Shown here one piece after another: positions 50,021 to 60,752 of a DNA stretch of 64,000 bases (position 1 is its first letter; each line of letters opens with the position of its first letter). Origin of the DNA: Candidatus Bathyarchaeia archaeon (GTDB lineage Archaea > Thermoproteota > Bathyarchaeia > Bathyarchaeales > Bathycorpusculaceae); contig JAVZLK010000005.1 in assembly GCA_038883795.1 (NCBI GenBank), forward strand, positions 1 through 64,000, read 5' to 3'. The notes under the pieces are model-generated. The model was given only the letters and a program-made list of their open reading frames with translations. It was not told the DNA's origin and searched no databases. The translations under genes and the position numbers were made by a program.

Positions 50021-52387
50021 ATGGAAAAGAAAATGCCAAGAATTGGAATTTTCGTCTGCGAATGCGGCGGAAACATAGGCGATGTCGTGGATATTAAGGC
50101 TGTTGTTGACGCAGTTAAAAACTGGGAAGGCGTAGTCACAGCAAAATACCACAAATATTTATGCAGCAAACCAGCCCAAGAAATGATACTCGAAGCCATA
50201 AAAAAAGAGAACCTTGACAGAGTTGTTGTCGCCAGCTGCACCCCAAGAATGCATTTAGCAACATTCCAGAACGTTCTGGAAAGGGCTGGCTTAAACCCCT
50301 ACATGCTCGAATTTGTAAACATAAGAGAGCAAGACTCATGGGTTCATGGAACCCATGGATTATCCACGGAAGCGACAAAGAAGGCTATAAGCCTAATAAG
50401 AGGCGGATATGAGCGAAGCTTAGAGCTTGAGCCTCTCCAGCCCATAAGCGAAAAAGGTTCAAGGGAAATTCTCATAATCGGCGGAGGAATAGCTGGCATA
50501 ACCGCTGCCCTCGAGCTTGGCTATTTAGGCTTTAAAGTGCACTTGGTGGAGAGAAAACCAAGCATAGGCGGCAACATGGCAAAATTAACAAAAGTTTTTC
50601 CAACATTAGATTGCGCCCAATGCATACTCACACCGAGAATGGCGGAAGTGGGAAGAAACCCAAACGTGAACTTGCTGACCTTTTCCGAAGTGCAAGAAGT
50701 CAGCGGAAGACCAGGCAATTATACAGTTAAAGTTTTCATGAAACCCCGCGGCGTAGATGTCGAAAAGTGCAGAAGCTGTGGAGTATGCGCAAAAGTTTGC
50801 CCTATCTCTGTTCCAGACGAATTTAATGAGGGCTTATCCCAGCGAAAAGCAGCTTACATAGAATTTCCACAAGCCGTCCCATCTGCTTACGCCATAGACT
50901 TTAATGCATGCACCAAATGCCGAAAATGCGAACAGCTTTGTCCAGCTAAAGCCATAAACATAGATGACCCGGGCAAAATTGTTGAATTAAATGTTGGAGC
51001 AATAATTTTGGCTACTGGATATGAGCTTTATGATGCACGTAATTTGGAAATTTATGGTTATGGTAATTATAAAGACGTTATAACAATGATGGATTTGGAA
51101 AGGCTTACTTCTGCTACTGGACCAACAGGCGGCTATGTTAAGCGTGCAGATGGAAGCGATGTGCGCAAAATGGCTATTGTTCTATGTGCTGGTTCAAGGG
51201 ACAAGAATTACATTCCCTATTGCAGTCGAATCTGCTGCATGTACTCATTAAAGCAAGCTTTTGTGCTTAAGAAAATGTTAGGAATAGACGTTACAGTTTA
51301 CTATATTGACATAAGGGCTACGGGAAAAGGCTACGAGGATTTGTACTGGCGAGACCAAGAAGCTGGTGTAATTTTTGTGAAGGGGAAAGTGGCTGAAATT
51401 TACAAGAACAATAATGGTAAGCTTGTTGTTTTGGCTGAGGACACATTAACTGGCGAGATGCGGGAAGACGAATATGACATGGTGGCCTTAGCCACGCCCA
51501 TGGTTCCGCCAAAAGGATTGAAGGAGTTGGCTGAAAAACTAAAAGTTCCATTAGGCGAGGATGGCTTTATTACAGAAAAGCATCCAAAACTTGACCCAGT
51601 GGATACGCTTGTTACTGGAATATTTGCCGGCGGCTGCGCCCTCAGCCCAAAAGATGTGCGTGACACGGTTTCTGACGGTTTAGGAGCTGCTGCTAAAGCA
51701 TCATTATTCCTTAAAAGCGATTATGTAACAACAAGCCCAGAAAAAGCCTTTGTAATTGCTGATTTATGCAATGGCTGCAAAGCCTGCGTTCCAATTTGCC
51801 CAGTAAACGCCATAAGCATGCAGGAAGACAAAGCGAAAATTGACCCATTCCAATGTATTGGTTGTGGCGCATGCATCCCAGTCTGTCCACAAGAGGCTAT
51901 TGATTTCAAGAATTCAACAAGTAGACAGATTATTGCTGAACTGCGAGGTGTTTTGGCTGATAAGGCAGCAGACGAAGTTAGGATTATAGCTTTTGTGGAT
52001 AAGAATGTGGGTTATACGGGCATGGACTTTTTAGGGCTTGACCGAGCAGTTTACCCAGAAAACGTGCGAATTGTGGCTGTTCCATCCACCGCAATCTTGG
52101 GTTTAAAGCACCTGCTAGCTGCGTTTGCTTTCGGCGCCGATGGCATTCTAGTCATCGAAGGAAGCGAAGAAATCGATGAAAAATTCACTAAAAAAAGAAT
52201 GATTGACATGACAAGAGAATTAGCCAAATATGGCGTTGAAAGCATGCGAGTACGTTACAGTTACGTGCCCCTACCAGTTTATAAAAAAGCGGCTGAACTC
52301 TTCAACATGTTCGCAGAGAGAATCAAAAAATTCGGTCCATTAACGGATGAAAAACGCAACACAATAAGACAGCAAATCAAAATCTAA
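50021..52387 (+). CDS. hdrA: HdrA with a C-terminal Cys-free MvhD-like domain
   Basis: FVCECG, GGGIAG, FPTLDCAQC, CAGSRD..CSRICC, four ferredoxin motifs, YPENVRIV. Confidence 0.93.
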   Translation: MEKKMPRIGIFVCECGGNIGDVVDIKAVVDAVKNWEGVVTAKYHKYLCSKPAQEMILEAIKKENLDRVVVASCTPRMHLATFQNVLERAGLNPYMLEFVNIREQDSWVHGTHGLSTEATKKAISLIRGGYERSLELEPLQPISEKGSREILIIGGGIAGITAALELGYLGFKVHLVERKPSIGGNMAKLTKVFPTLDCAQCILTPRMAEVGRNPNVNLLTFSEVQEVSGRPGNYTVKVFMKPRGVDVEKCRSCGVCAKVCPISVPDEFNEGLSQRKAAYIEFPQAVPSAYAIDFNACTKCRKCEQLCPAKAINIDDPGKIVELNVGAIILATGYELYDARNLEIYGYGNYKDVITMMDLERLTSATGPTGGYVKRADGSDVRKMAIVLCAGSRDKNYIPYCSRICCMYSLKQAFVLKKMLGIDVTVYYIDIRATGKGYEDLYWRDQEAGVIFVKGKVAEIYKNNNGKLVVLAEDTLTGEMREDEYDMVALATPMVPPKGLKELAEKLKVPLGEDGFITEKHPKLDPVDTLVTGIFAGGCALSPKDVRDTVSDGLGAAAKASLFLKSDYVTTSPEKAFVIADLCNGCKACVPICPVNAISMQEDKAKIDPFQCIGCGACIPVCPQEAIDFKNSTSRQIIAELRGVLADKAADEVRIIAFVDKNVGYTGMDFLGLDRAVYPENVRIVAVPSTAILGLKHLLAAFAFGADGILVIEGSEEIDEKFTKKRMIDMTRELAKYGVESMRVRYSYVPLPVYKKAAELFNMFAERIKKFGPLTDEKRNTIRQQIKI

Positions 52388-52471
52388 ATAAGCATGTTAA
52401 AATTGTAGTTTCGAGTCGCAAAGTTTAATTTTCATGTCAAACTCAACATTCACAAAAGAGGCTATCCTACC

Positions 52472-55267
52472 ATGGTTACTTTGTATTTAGATAAAATTTT
52501 TAATCCCCGAAGCGTTGCCATAATCGGCGCCAGCGACGAGGAAGGAAGCGTAGGCTATGCTTTAATGAGAAATTTTATTGATTTAGGCTTTGATGGAAAA
52601 GTTTATGCTGTTAACATTCGCAAAAATGAAATTTTAGGTTTAAAAGCTTACCAATCTGTAGACCAAATTCCAGAACCAGTAGACCTTGCAGTGATTGCAA
52701 CTCCAGCCAAAACTGTTCCAGACATTGTGGAACAATGTGGAAAGGCTGGGATAAAAGGTATAATCATAATTAGTGCGGGCTTTAAGGAAATTGGATCAGA
52801 AGGCAAAGCCTTAGAGGATAGGATTCTTGAAATAAAAAACAAGTATGGTTTGCGCATTATTGGACCAAACTGTCTGGGCATAATCCGTCCAAGCATAAAA
52901 CTTAACGCCACATTTATTAATAAAACGCCAAAGCCGGGCAACATAGCCTTCATAAGCCAGTCTGGAGCCTTGGGCTCGGCAATTTTAGACTGGGCTATTC
53001 GGGAAAATATCGGCTTCAGCAACTTCGTATCTGTAGGTTCAATGCTGGATGTGGATTTCGGCGATTTAATAGACTATTTCGGCACAGACCCACAAACAAG
53101 AAGCATACTAATGTACATAGAAGGCTTAACAGACGCCAGAAAATTCCTCTCAGCCGCCCGCCACTTCGCAAGAACAAAACCAATAATCGTAGTTAAGGCT
53201 GGAAAATTCTCGGAAAGCGCAAAGGCTGCAGCTAGTCATACGGGTTCTCTTACGGGTGAAGATGTTGTTTATGATGCTGCTTTTAAGCGTGCTGGAATTG
53301 TTCGCGTTGAAGAAATCGCCGACTTATTTAATTGCGCCGAAGTTTTGGGCATGCAACCACTGCCGAAAGGTCCAAACCTTGTCATAATAACTAATGCTGG
53401 TGGACCAGGAGTTATGGCTACAGACGCTCTCATAGCGAGGGGCGGAAAACTGGCGAAGCTTAGCCCGAAAACAATGGAATACCTTAACAGCATTCTCCCC
53501 CATTATTGGAGTAGGGGAAACCCCGTTGACATTTTGGGGGATGCCAAAGCAGACCGTTATAGGGCGGTTTTGGAAGCTTGTCTGGACGACGAGAATGTTG
53601 ATGGTGTATTAATTATTTATACTGCTCAAGCTGTGGCGGAACCAGTAGAAATTGCAAAAAGCACAGTTGAAGTATGCAAAAACAGGGGTTACCAAAGTAA
53701 AACAGTTTTAACCTCTTTTATGGGTAGTGGAGCAGTGGAAGAAGCTAACAGAATTTTTAATCAAAACAGCATTCCCACATACGCCACTCCGGAGCAAGCG
53801 GTTAAAACATATCTTTACATGTACCAATACAAACGCAACCTTGAGCTTCTTTATGAGACACCGGAAGAGTTGCCGGTTGATGCTGCTCCGCCGAAGCGTC
53901 CCATAATGGTGATAATGAGAAACGCTGCCCTGGAAAATCGTGAACTCTTGAACGAAGCGGAAGCCAAAAAACTATTGGAATATTATGATTTCCCAGTTAT
54001 AAAAACTGCGGTGGCTAAAACACCGGATGAAGCGGCAAATGTAGCCATGCAAATTGGCTATCCAGTCGTTCTTAAAATTTTGTCGCCCCAGATAATTCAT
54101 AAAACCGAGGCTGGTGGCGTAATTCTTGACATAAATTCTGAGGTTGAGCTTAGAGAGGCTTTTGAATGTATCATGGAAAGAGCGAAAAAGTATAATCCAA
54201 ATGCTGAAATTTTGGGCGTCACGGTTCAGAAAATGGTAAAGAAGCGTGGATATGAAATAATAATTGGGGCAAAGACAGATCCACTTTTTGGTCCAGTTAT
54301 CTTGTTCGGGATGGGCGGAATTGGCGTAGAACTCTTTAAAGATTTTTCCGTTGGGCTTCCGCCTTTGAATCAGACATTAGTTAGAAGGCTTATGGAAGAA
54401 ACTAAGGTTTACCAGCTTTTAAAAGGCTATAGAAATGTGCCTCCTGCCAACCTTAAACTTCTTGAAGAATTAATAGTTCGTTTCTCTCAGCTTCTTATAG
54501 ACTTTCCGCAACTGAAAGAAGTCGACATTAACCCACTATTTATAGATGAAAACGACGCTGTAATCATAGACGCCAGAATTGTCATCGATAAAGAAAAAGT
54601 ATTCCAAAAACTTGAGCCTCACCAGCATCTGGTAATAAGCCCCTATCCTAAGAAGTATGAAACTTTGTGGAGGATGCGGAACGGACGCACGGTTTTGCTT
54701 AGGCCAATAAAACCCGAAGATGAGCCTTTATGGTTGGAGATGTTTAGGAATTTCTCTGAGGAATCCATACGTTTTAGGTTCTTCCAAATAATTAAAGACA
54801 CGCCTCATGAGGTGCGGGTGAGATATTGCAATATTGATTATGATAGGGAAATAGCCATAGTTGCAGAACTAACAGAAAATGGGCAAAGAAAAATCCTCGG
54901 CGTGGCGAGAGTAAGCTTAGAACCAGACAGAAAAAGTGGCGAAATAGCCTTTATTGTGGCTGATCCATGGCAAGGTTTGGGCTTGGGAACAAAAATGGTG
55001 GATTATACAATTGAAATTTGCAAAGAAGTTGGAGTTGAAACCCTTTACGCCATAATGCTTCCAGACAATCATAGAGCAATAAACCTCACAAAGAAAATGG
55101 GGTTTACGCTTAAGTATCAAGAGGACGGCACAGTTAAAGGAATTTTAAACTTGAAGGAAGAATCAATACGAAGTCAAGAAGAAAAGCTTCAAGAAAAAGC
55201 GCAGGTTGTGGCAGCACCTTCTGAACAAAAAGAGCAAAGAAGAGAAGCAGAAACCGTTAGCAGTTAA
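52472..55267 (+). CDS. ADP-forming acyl-CoA synthetase (alpha+beta) fused to a GNAT acetyltransferase (Pat-like)
   Basis: GPNCLG, SQSGA, SHTGSL, NAGGPG, HKTEAGGV, DINP; C-terminal LRPIKPED...WQGLGLG. Confidence 0.92.
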   Translation: MVTLYLDKIFNPRSVAIIGASDEEGSVGYALMRNFIDLGFDGKVYAVNIRKNEILGLKAYQSVDQIPEPVDLAVIATPAKTVPDIVEQCGKAGIKGIIIISAGFKEIGSEGKALEDRILEIKNKYGLRIIGPNCLGIIRPSIKLNATFINKTPKPGNIAFISQSGALGSAILDWAIRENIGFSNFVSVGSMLDVDFGDLIDYFGTDPQTRSILMYIEGLTDARKFLSAARHFARTKPIIVVKAGKFSESAKAAASHTGSLTGEDVVYDAAFKRAGIVRVEEIADLFNCAEVLGMQPLPKGPNLVIITNAGGPGVMATDALIARGGKLAKLSPKTMEYLNSILPHYWSRGNPVDILGDAKADRYRAVLEACLDDENVDGVLIIYTAQAVAEPVEIAKSTVEVCKNRGYQSKTVLTSFMGSGAVEEANRIFNQNSIPTYATPEQAVKTYLYMYQYKRNLELLYETPEELPVDAAPPKRPIMVIMRNAALENRELLNEAEAKKLLEYYDFPVIKTAVAKTPDEAANVAMQIGYPVVLKILSPQIIHKTEAGGVILDINSEVELREAFECIMERAKKYNPNAEILGVTVQKMVKKRGYEIIIGAKTDPLFGPVILFGMGGIGVELFKDFSVGLPPLNQTLVRRLMEETKVYQLLKGYRNVPPANLKLLEELIVRFSQLLIDFPQLKEVDINPLFIDENDAVIIDARIVIDKEKVFQKLEPHQHLVISPYPKKYETLWRMRNGRTVLLRPIKPEDEPLWLEMFRNFSEESIRFRFFQIIKDTPHEVRVRYCNIDYDREIAIVAELTENGQRKILGVARVSLEPDRKSGEIAFIVADPWQGLGLGTKMVDYTIEICKEVGVETLYAIMLPDNHRAINLTKKMGFTLKYQEDGTVKGILNLKEESIRSQEEKLQEKAQVVAAPSEQKEQRREAETVSS

Positions 55268-55408
55268 AACATTATACTACAATTTAAATTAAACGTAACG
55301 CAAAAAATTTTATAGTCTTTTTTCTATTTACGAATGGCTAAATTTAAATTATAGAAATGCGATTATCTTTCTCTTTCATTGAAAAGCTTCACTTAGTTTG
55401 GTGATGAG

Positions 55409-56347
55409 ATGGAGAAGTTAAAAGTAGCCTTTTACTGGGCTGCAAGCTGTGGAGGCTGCGAAATAGCTGTTTTAGATATAAACGAAAAAATTCTCGATGT
55501 AGTAGCAAAAGCAGACATTGTCTTCTGGCCCGTGGCAATGGACATAAAATATAAAGATGTTGAGGCTATGCCAGACAAAAGCATCTATGCCTGTTTCTTT
55601 AATGGCGCAATACGCAACAGCGAACAAGAGTATTTGGCAAAACTGTTGAGACAAAAATCAAAAATTCTCGTGGCTTTCGGCTCATGCGCTTGTGACGGAT
55701 GCGTTGTGGGATTAGGAAACCTTTGGAATAAGAAAGCAATATTTGAACGTGCATACTTTGAAACTCCTTCCACTAAAAATCCGCAATCAGTAACGCCTCA
55801 AACCAGCCTCAAAGTGAAAGAGGGAGAGCTTGAACTTCCAGAATTCTACGACACTGTAAAAACTTTAGCCCAAACAGTTGAAGTGGACTATTTCATTTCA
55901 GGCTGTCCGCCGCCAGTTCCGCGGATAATTGAAGCTTTTGATGCAATACTAAGTGGTAAGCTGCCTCCAAAAGGCTTAAGTTTCCTATTAAACAAGTCAA
56001 TATGCGACGAATGCTCCAGAGAAAAGAAGGATAGAAAAGTTACCCAAGTAAAGAGAATCTACGAAATAGAAGACGATTTTAAAACATGCTTCTTAGACCA
56101 AGGCGTCGTATGCATGGGTCCAGCAACCCGCGGCGGATGCGGCGCCCAATGTTTGAAGGCGAACATTCCATGCACTGGCTGTGGCGGTCCAGCCCCAAGA
56201 GTGACAGACCAAGGCGCAGCCATGATAAGCGCCTTTGCCTCCATCGCAACAGAGCCAAAAGTCATAGAACAAGTCGTAGACCCCGTTGGAACCTTTTACA
56301 AGTATTCCCTTGCAAATTCCATTCTACGAAGGAGAGTGATTAAATGA
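55409..56347 (+). CDS. mvhG: Group 3c [NiFe]-hydrogenase small subunit
   Basis: SCGGC, GSCA, GCPP, ICDEC, CMGPAT..GC...C....PCTGC. Confidence 0.92.
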   Translation: MEKLKVAFYWAASCGGCEIAVLDINEKILDVVAKADIVFWPVAMDIKYKDVEAMPDKSIYACFFNGAIRNSEQEYLAKLLRQKSKILVAFGSCACDGCVVGLGNLWNKKAIFERAYFETPSTKNPQSVTPQTSLKVKEGELELPEFYDTVKTLAQTVEVDYFISGCPPPVPRIIEAFDAILSGKLPPKGLSFLLNKSICDECSREKKDRKVTQVKRIYEIEDDFKTCFLDQGVVCMGPATRGGCGAQCLKANIPCTGCGGPAPRVTDQGAAMISAFASIATEPKVIEQVVDPVGTFYKYSLANSILRRRVIK

Positions 56348-57807
56348 AAGAAATAGTAATAAACCCAATCACAAGACTTGAAGGCCACGGAAAAATAACA
56401 ATCTTCTTAAACGAAGAGGGAAATGTGGAAGAAGCCTACTTCCAAGTCCCAGAACTCAGAGGCTTCGAAAAATTCTGTGAAGGAAGAAGGGCTGAAGACT
56501 TACCAATAATAACCACAAGAATTTGCGGCGTCTGCCCAGTAGCCCACCACATGGCTGGAGCCAAAGCCTTAGACGCAGCATTTAACGTAGAACCTCCAGA
56601 AACAGCCAAAAAACTTAGGGAGCTCATGTATTGCGGTTATTACCTTTACGACCACACATTACACTTCTACTATTTAGGAGCCCCAGACTTTGTAGTTGGA
56701 CCCGACGCCCCTCCAGCCAAAAGAAACGTTCTCGGAGTGATAGAAAAAGTTGGTCTCGAAATCGGCAAGGAAGTTATAAAGCATAGGGCTTATGGACAAA
56801 AGATAACAGAAATATTGGGCGGCAAGGCAACCCACCCCGTGAGCGCTTGTGTTCCAGGCGGAATTGCAAAATCCTTGTCTGAAGAGGAGAGGCAAGAGAT
56901 TGAGAAAATGGTGAGAAGCTTCATAGAATTCGCAAAATTCACCCTCAAAATCTTTGATGACGTTGTCCTAAAAAACACTAATTATGTGAACCTAATTAAA
57001 AGCGAACCCTACACCCTAAAAACCTATTATATGGGAACAGTTGACAAAAACAACAAAGTAAACTTCTACGACGGCAAAGTCCGCGTTGTAGACCCACAAG
57101 GAAAAGAGTTCGTCAAATTTTCTCCAAAAGAATACTTGGATGTTATTGAAGAGCATGTTGAACCATGGACATATGTTAAACTGCCCTACCTAAAAAAGGT
57201 TGGATGGAAAGGACTTGTAGGCGGACAAGACAGTGGACTATACAGGGTTGGTCCCCTTGGAAGACTTAACGCTGCAGAGGGTATGGCGACACCCATAGCC
57301 CAAGCAGAATACGAAAGAATGTATAAAACCTTAGGAGGAAAACCGGTTCATCATACTTTGGCTTATCATTGGGCTAGGGTGATAGAGCTAATGTATGCGG
57401 CTGAAAGAGCATTAGAATTGGTAACGGACCCGGAAATAACTGGAAAGGACATTAGAAACAAGCCTGGAAAACCAGGCGAAGGCGTCGGCATAGTGGAAGC
57501 AGCAAGAGGAACACTTATTCACCACTATCAACTTGATGAAAACGCCTTAGCCAAAAAAGTCAACCTGATAGTAGCCACAACCCACAATGCGCCGAGTATT
57601 TGTATATCCGTAAAAAATGCAGCAAAAAGCCTCATACGAAACGGCAAAGTCAACGATGGAATATTAAACATGGTTGAAATGGCGTTTAGAGCCTATGACC
57701 CATGCTTTGCTTGTGCAACCCACATGGCTATTGGGGAGATGCCATTAAAAATTGAAATTTACAATCATGAAAGGCAACTGTTAAAAACTATAAGGAGAGG
57801 GGGATGA
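56344..57807 (+). CDS. mvhA: Group 3c [NiFe]-hydrogenase large subunit
   Basis: TRLEGH, RICGVC (L1), AYDPCFACATH (L2) plus C-terminal extension. Confidence 0.94.
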   Translation: MKEIVINPITRLEGHGKITIFLNEEGNVEEAYFQVPELRGFEKFCEGRRAEDLPIITTRICGVCPVAHHMAGAKALDAAFNVEPPETAKKLRELMYCGYYLYDHTLHFYYLGAPDFVVGPDAPPAKRNVLGVIEKVGLEIGKEVIKHRAYGQKITEILGGKATHPVSACVPGGIAKSLSEEERQEIEKMVRSFIEFAKFTLKIFDDVVLKNTNYVNLIKSEPYTLKTYYMGTVDKNNKVNFYDGKVRVVDPQGKEFVKFSPKEYLDVIEEHVEPWTYVKLPYLKKVGWKGLVGGQDSGLYRVGPLGRLNAAEGMATPIAQAEYERMYKTLGGKPVHHTLAYHWARVIELMYAAERALELVTDPEITGKDIRNKPGKPGEGVGIVEAARGTLIHHYQLDENALAKKVNLIVATTHNAPSICISVKNAAKSLIRNGKVNDGILNMVEMAFRAYDPCFACATHMAIGEMPLKIEIYNHERQLLKTIRRGG

Positions 57808-60227
57808 AAATGGATAAGGTTAAGGTTGGTGTGTTCCTTTCCGACTGTGGAAATCAACTGTCCCAAATCCTCGACTTCGACGCCCTAATCGGTTTCGTAA
57901 AGGGAGTTTCTGGAGTTGCGCTTGTTGCCAGAGCCAGCGAATTTTGGCGTGGCGAAGGACTAAAAACCATCGTTGACGCTGTTAAAGGCAAAAAGGTAAA
58001 CCGTGTTGTTGTTGCAGAAACAATTCCAAAACTAAGCGAAATAAACATTCTTGAGGCTGTGGAAAAAGCTGGGCTTAACCCATATTTAACAGAGATAATA
58101 GACTTAAAAGACCATTGCGCTTGGCCTCATAAAGACTCGCCTAAAGAAGCTACGGAAAAGGCTAAAGCAATGCTTTTGGCTGCCATTGAGCGGGTCAAAC
58201 TTCTTGAGCCCATAGAGAAGCTTGAGTTTCCGGCAACCAAATCCGTTTTGGTCATAGGCGGTGGCATAGCTGGAATGCAAGCAGCAGAAGACTTGGCAGA
58301 AATGGGATTTGAAGTGTACTTAATCGAGAAAGAGCCATTTCTTGGAGGCTTGGCTGCTCGAGCTGGGCGCTTCTTCCCAACAGACGATTGCGCCATATGC
58401 ATTCAATCTCCAGCTTCAGACGTGAAAAATGTGACACATACTTCTCGAAAATGCGTTTACCGCTCAGGTTTTACGGAAATTCCAAACCTCAACGTGCTAA
58501 CAAATTCGAAGGTTTTAAAAGTTGAAGGCGTGCCGGGAAACTATAAGGTTACAATAGAGAAGAAGCCAAGATATGTGAATGAAGAAAAATGTGTTGCCTG
58601 CGATTTATGCACAACCGTTTGCCCTGTAGAAGTTCCAGACACATATAATGCTAATCTCAAAAAACGCAAAGCCATATACATAAACACGCCAATAGTTTAT
58701 CCACCAGTCTACGTTATCGATGCCAGCGCCTGCAAATTTGACGAATGCGCCAAATGCGTGGAAGTTTGCCCAACAAAAGCCATAGAATTAAACCAAAAAA
58801 GCAAGAAAATGACGTTAAACGTTGGCAGCATAATAGTTGCCACGGGCTTTAAAGAATATGACCCAAGCGTGATAAAGGAATACCATTACGGTGAATACCC
58901 AGACGTTATAACACAGCTTGAACTGGCAAGGATGATTGATGGTTTTGGTCCCACAAAGGGCATGATAATTAGACCTTCTGATGGGAAACCAGCCAAAAGA
59001 ATAGTCTTCGTGCAATGTGTTGGTTCTAGAGATAGGCGTTGGAACCCATGGTGTTCAAGCATCTGCTGCATGATATCGCTAAAACATGCTACGCTAATTA
59101 AATCGGCCTATCCAGACACTGATGTGACAATATGCTATATTGACATAAGAACCACTGGAAGAGAACACGAATACTATTATGAACGAGCAAGAGAGATGGG
59201 AGTAAAATTCGTGAAGGGCAGACCGACAGAAATTTTGCATGATCCAGAAGCGAATGTTTTAGTTGTTGATGTTGAAGATGAGCTTCTGCGCAGATTCTTA
59301 GAATTGGAAGCTGACTTGGTAGTTTTGGCGCCTTCCATGGTTCCAGCGGATGGCACAAAGGAGCTTGCTGAAATTTTAGGTTTAGAATTTGAAGAGGATG
59401 GTTTCTTTAAGGAATATAACGCCAAGCTTAGGCCAACAGAAACCAAAAAGAGGGGGATTTTCCTCTGCGGCGGAGCCACATTTCCAAAAGATGCTCCAAC
59501 AACATCCCTTCAAGCCCATTCAGCGGCTATGAAAGCCGCCAAGTTTCTTAACATGGGCAAAATAGTTAAAGACCAAAGGACCGCCATTGTAAACGAAGAA
59601 TATTGTGGCGACTGCGAATTTTGTCCAGTCACTTGTCCTTATGGCGCCATAACTTTGACGCCTAAAGGTGATGGACATTTTGTTGCAAAAATATCAGACC
59701 TCCTATGTGAAGGATGTGGCGTCTGTGTTGGCACATGTCCAGTTAACGCCATTGAACTCAGACATTTCAAACAAAACCAAATTTTAGCCCAAATGAGAGC
59801 TTTGCTTTCAATAAATGGAACATCAAAACCCCTAGTTCTGGCAATAACCTGCTCAGAATGCGGGAACGCAGCTGTGGATTCTTCTGGCATGGCTATGATG
59901 CAGTATCCAGCCAATGTGAGAATAATGAGGGTTCCATGCACTGGAATTTTACAAGTTCAGCAAATCCTTGAAGCCTTTAGGGCGGGCGCCCAAGGCGTTA
60001 TGGTTGTGGGATGCAAAACTGATGGCTGCCACTATGAGGTTGGGAGTCAAATAGCCCAGAGAAAAGTGGAATTGGCGAAAATGTTGCTTAAAGAGTATGG
60101 CATAGAACCCGAACGACTGGAAATGTTCAACATGGTTTACATAGAAGGAGACAAATTTGCCGAAGCTGCAAAAATGATGACTGAAAGAGTAGAGAAACTC
60201 GGTTTCATCCAATTACCATTCTCATGA
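57804..60227 (+). CDS. hdrA: HdrA with degenerate N-terminal cluster domain and intact C-terminal MvhD
   Basis: GGGIAG, FPTDDCAIC, CVGSRD..CSSICC, ferredoxin motifs; MvhD part CSEC, PCTG, GCKTDGCHY. Confidence 0.92.
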   Translation: MKMDKVKVGVFLSDCGNQLSQILDFDALIGFVKGVSGVALVARASEFWRGEGLKTIVDAVKGKKVNRVVVAETIPKLSEINILEAVEKAGLNPYLTEIIDLKDHCAWPHKDSPKEATEKAKAMLLAAIERVKLLEPIEKLEFPATKSVLVIGGGIAGMQAAEDLAEMGFEVYLIEKEPFLGGLAARAGRFFPTDDCAICIQSPASDVKNVTHTSRKCVYRSGFTEIPNLNVLTNSKVLKVEGVPGNYKVTIEKKPRYVNEEKCVACDLCTTVCPVEVPDTYNANLKKRKAIYINTPIVYPPVYVIDASACKFDECAKCVEVCPTKAIELNQKSKKMTLNVGSIIVATGFKEYDPSVIKEYHYGEYPDVITQLELARMIDGFGPTKGMIIRPSDGKPAKRIVFVQCVGSRDRRWNPWCSSICCMISLKHATLIKSAYPDTDVTICYIDIRTTGREHEYYYERAREMGVKFVKGRPTEILHDPEANVLVVDVEDELLRRFLELEADLVVLAPSMVPADGTKELAEILGLEFEEDGFFKEYNAKLRPTETKKRGIFLCGGATFPKDAPTTSLQAHSAAMKAAKFLNMGKIVKDQRTAIVNEEYCGDCEFCPVTCPYGAITLTPKGDGHFVAKISDLLCEGCGVCVGTCPVNAIELRHFKQNQILAQMRALLSINGTSKPLVLAITCSECGNAAVDSSGMAMMQYPANVRIMRVPCTGILQVQQILEAFRAGAQGVMVVGCKTDGCHYEVGSQIAQRKVELAKMLLKEYGIEPERLEMFNMVYIEGDKFAEAAKMMTERVEKLGFIQLPFS

Positions 60228-60236
60228 TGGAGATAA

Positions 60237-60752
60237 TTGGAAATGGCACAAGAAAAAACCTCTCCAAAAGATTTTTCCAAAGAGATAACAAGCCGACTTG
60301 GCGGCGAAACAATAACCTTTTGCTATCAATGCGGAACATGCGCCAGCAGCTGCCCAGTTGCCAAAATTACGGAAAAGTTCAATCCAAGAGAAGTTATTAG
60401 ACTGGCGCTTTTGGGAATGAGGGACGAGGTTTTATCCGGCGATGCCATTTGGCTCTGTTCCTCATGCTACAACTGTCAAGAACGTTGTCCCCAAAAGGTT
60501 GAAATAGCCGACGTCATCTACGCATTGAGAAATCTAGCCATTCGAGAAGGACACATTCCAAACATCTATTCAGAGTTTGCAGCTGGACTAATGAGTGAAG
60601 GGCGCATAGTTCCAATTTCTAAATTTTTAGAAAAGAAAAGACCAGAATACGGTTTGCCGCCCCTAAAACCAGCAGGCGTTGAAGCGATAAAAAAGATTCT
60701 TTCCGCCACGGGTTTTGATAAAATTCAATTCAAAAAGGGTGAGACCCAATGA
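60237..60752 (+). CDS. hdrC: Heterodisulfide reductase subunit C
   Basis: CYQCGTCASSCP, WLCSSCYNCQERCP. Confidence 0.94.
   Translation: MEMAQEKTSPKDFSKEITSRLGGETITFCYQCGTCASSCPVAKITEKFNPREVIRLALLGMRDEVLSGDAIWLCSSCYNCQERCPQKVEIADVIYALRNLAIREGHIPNIYSEFAAGLMSEGRIVPISKFLEKKRPEYGLPPLKPAGVEAIKKILSATGFDKIQFKKGETQ

Noticed and set aside
55281-55350. Two AATTTAAATT palindromes upstream of mvhG
   Set aside because: Pure A/T 10-mers in an AT-rich intergenic region; likely TATA-like or chance.
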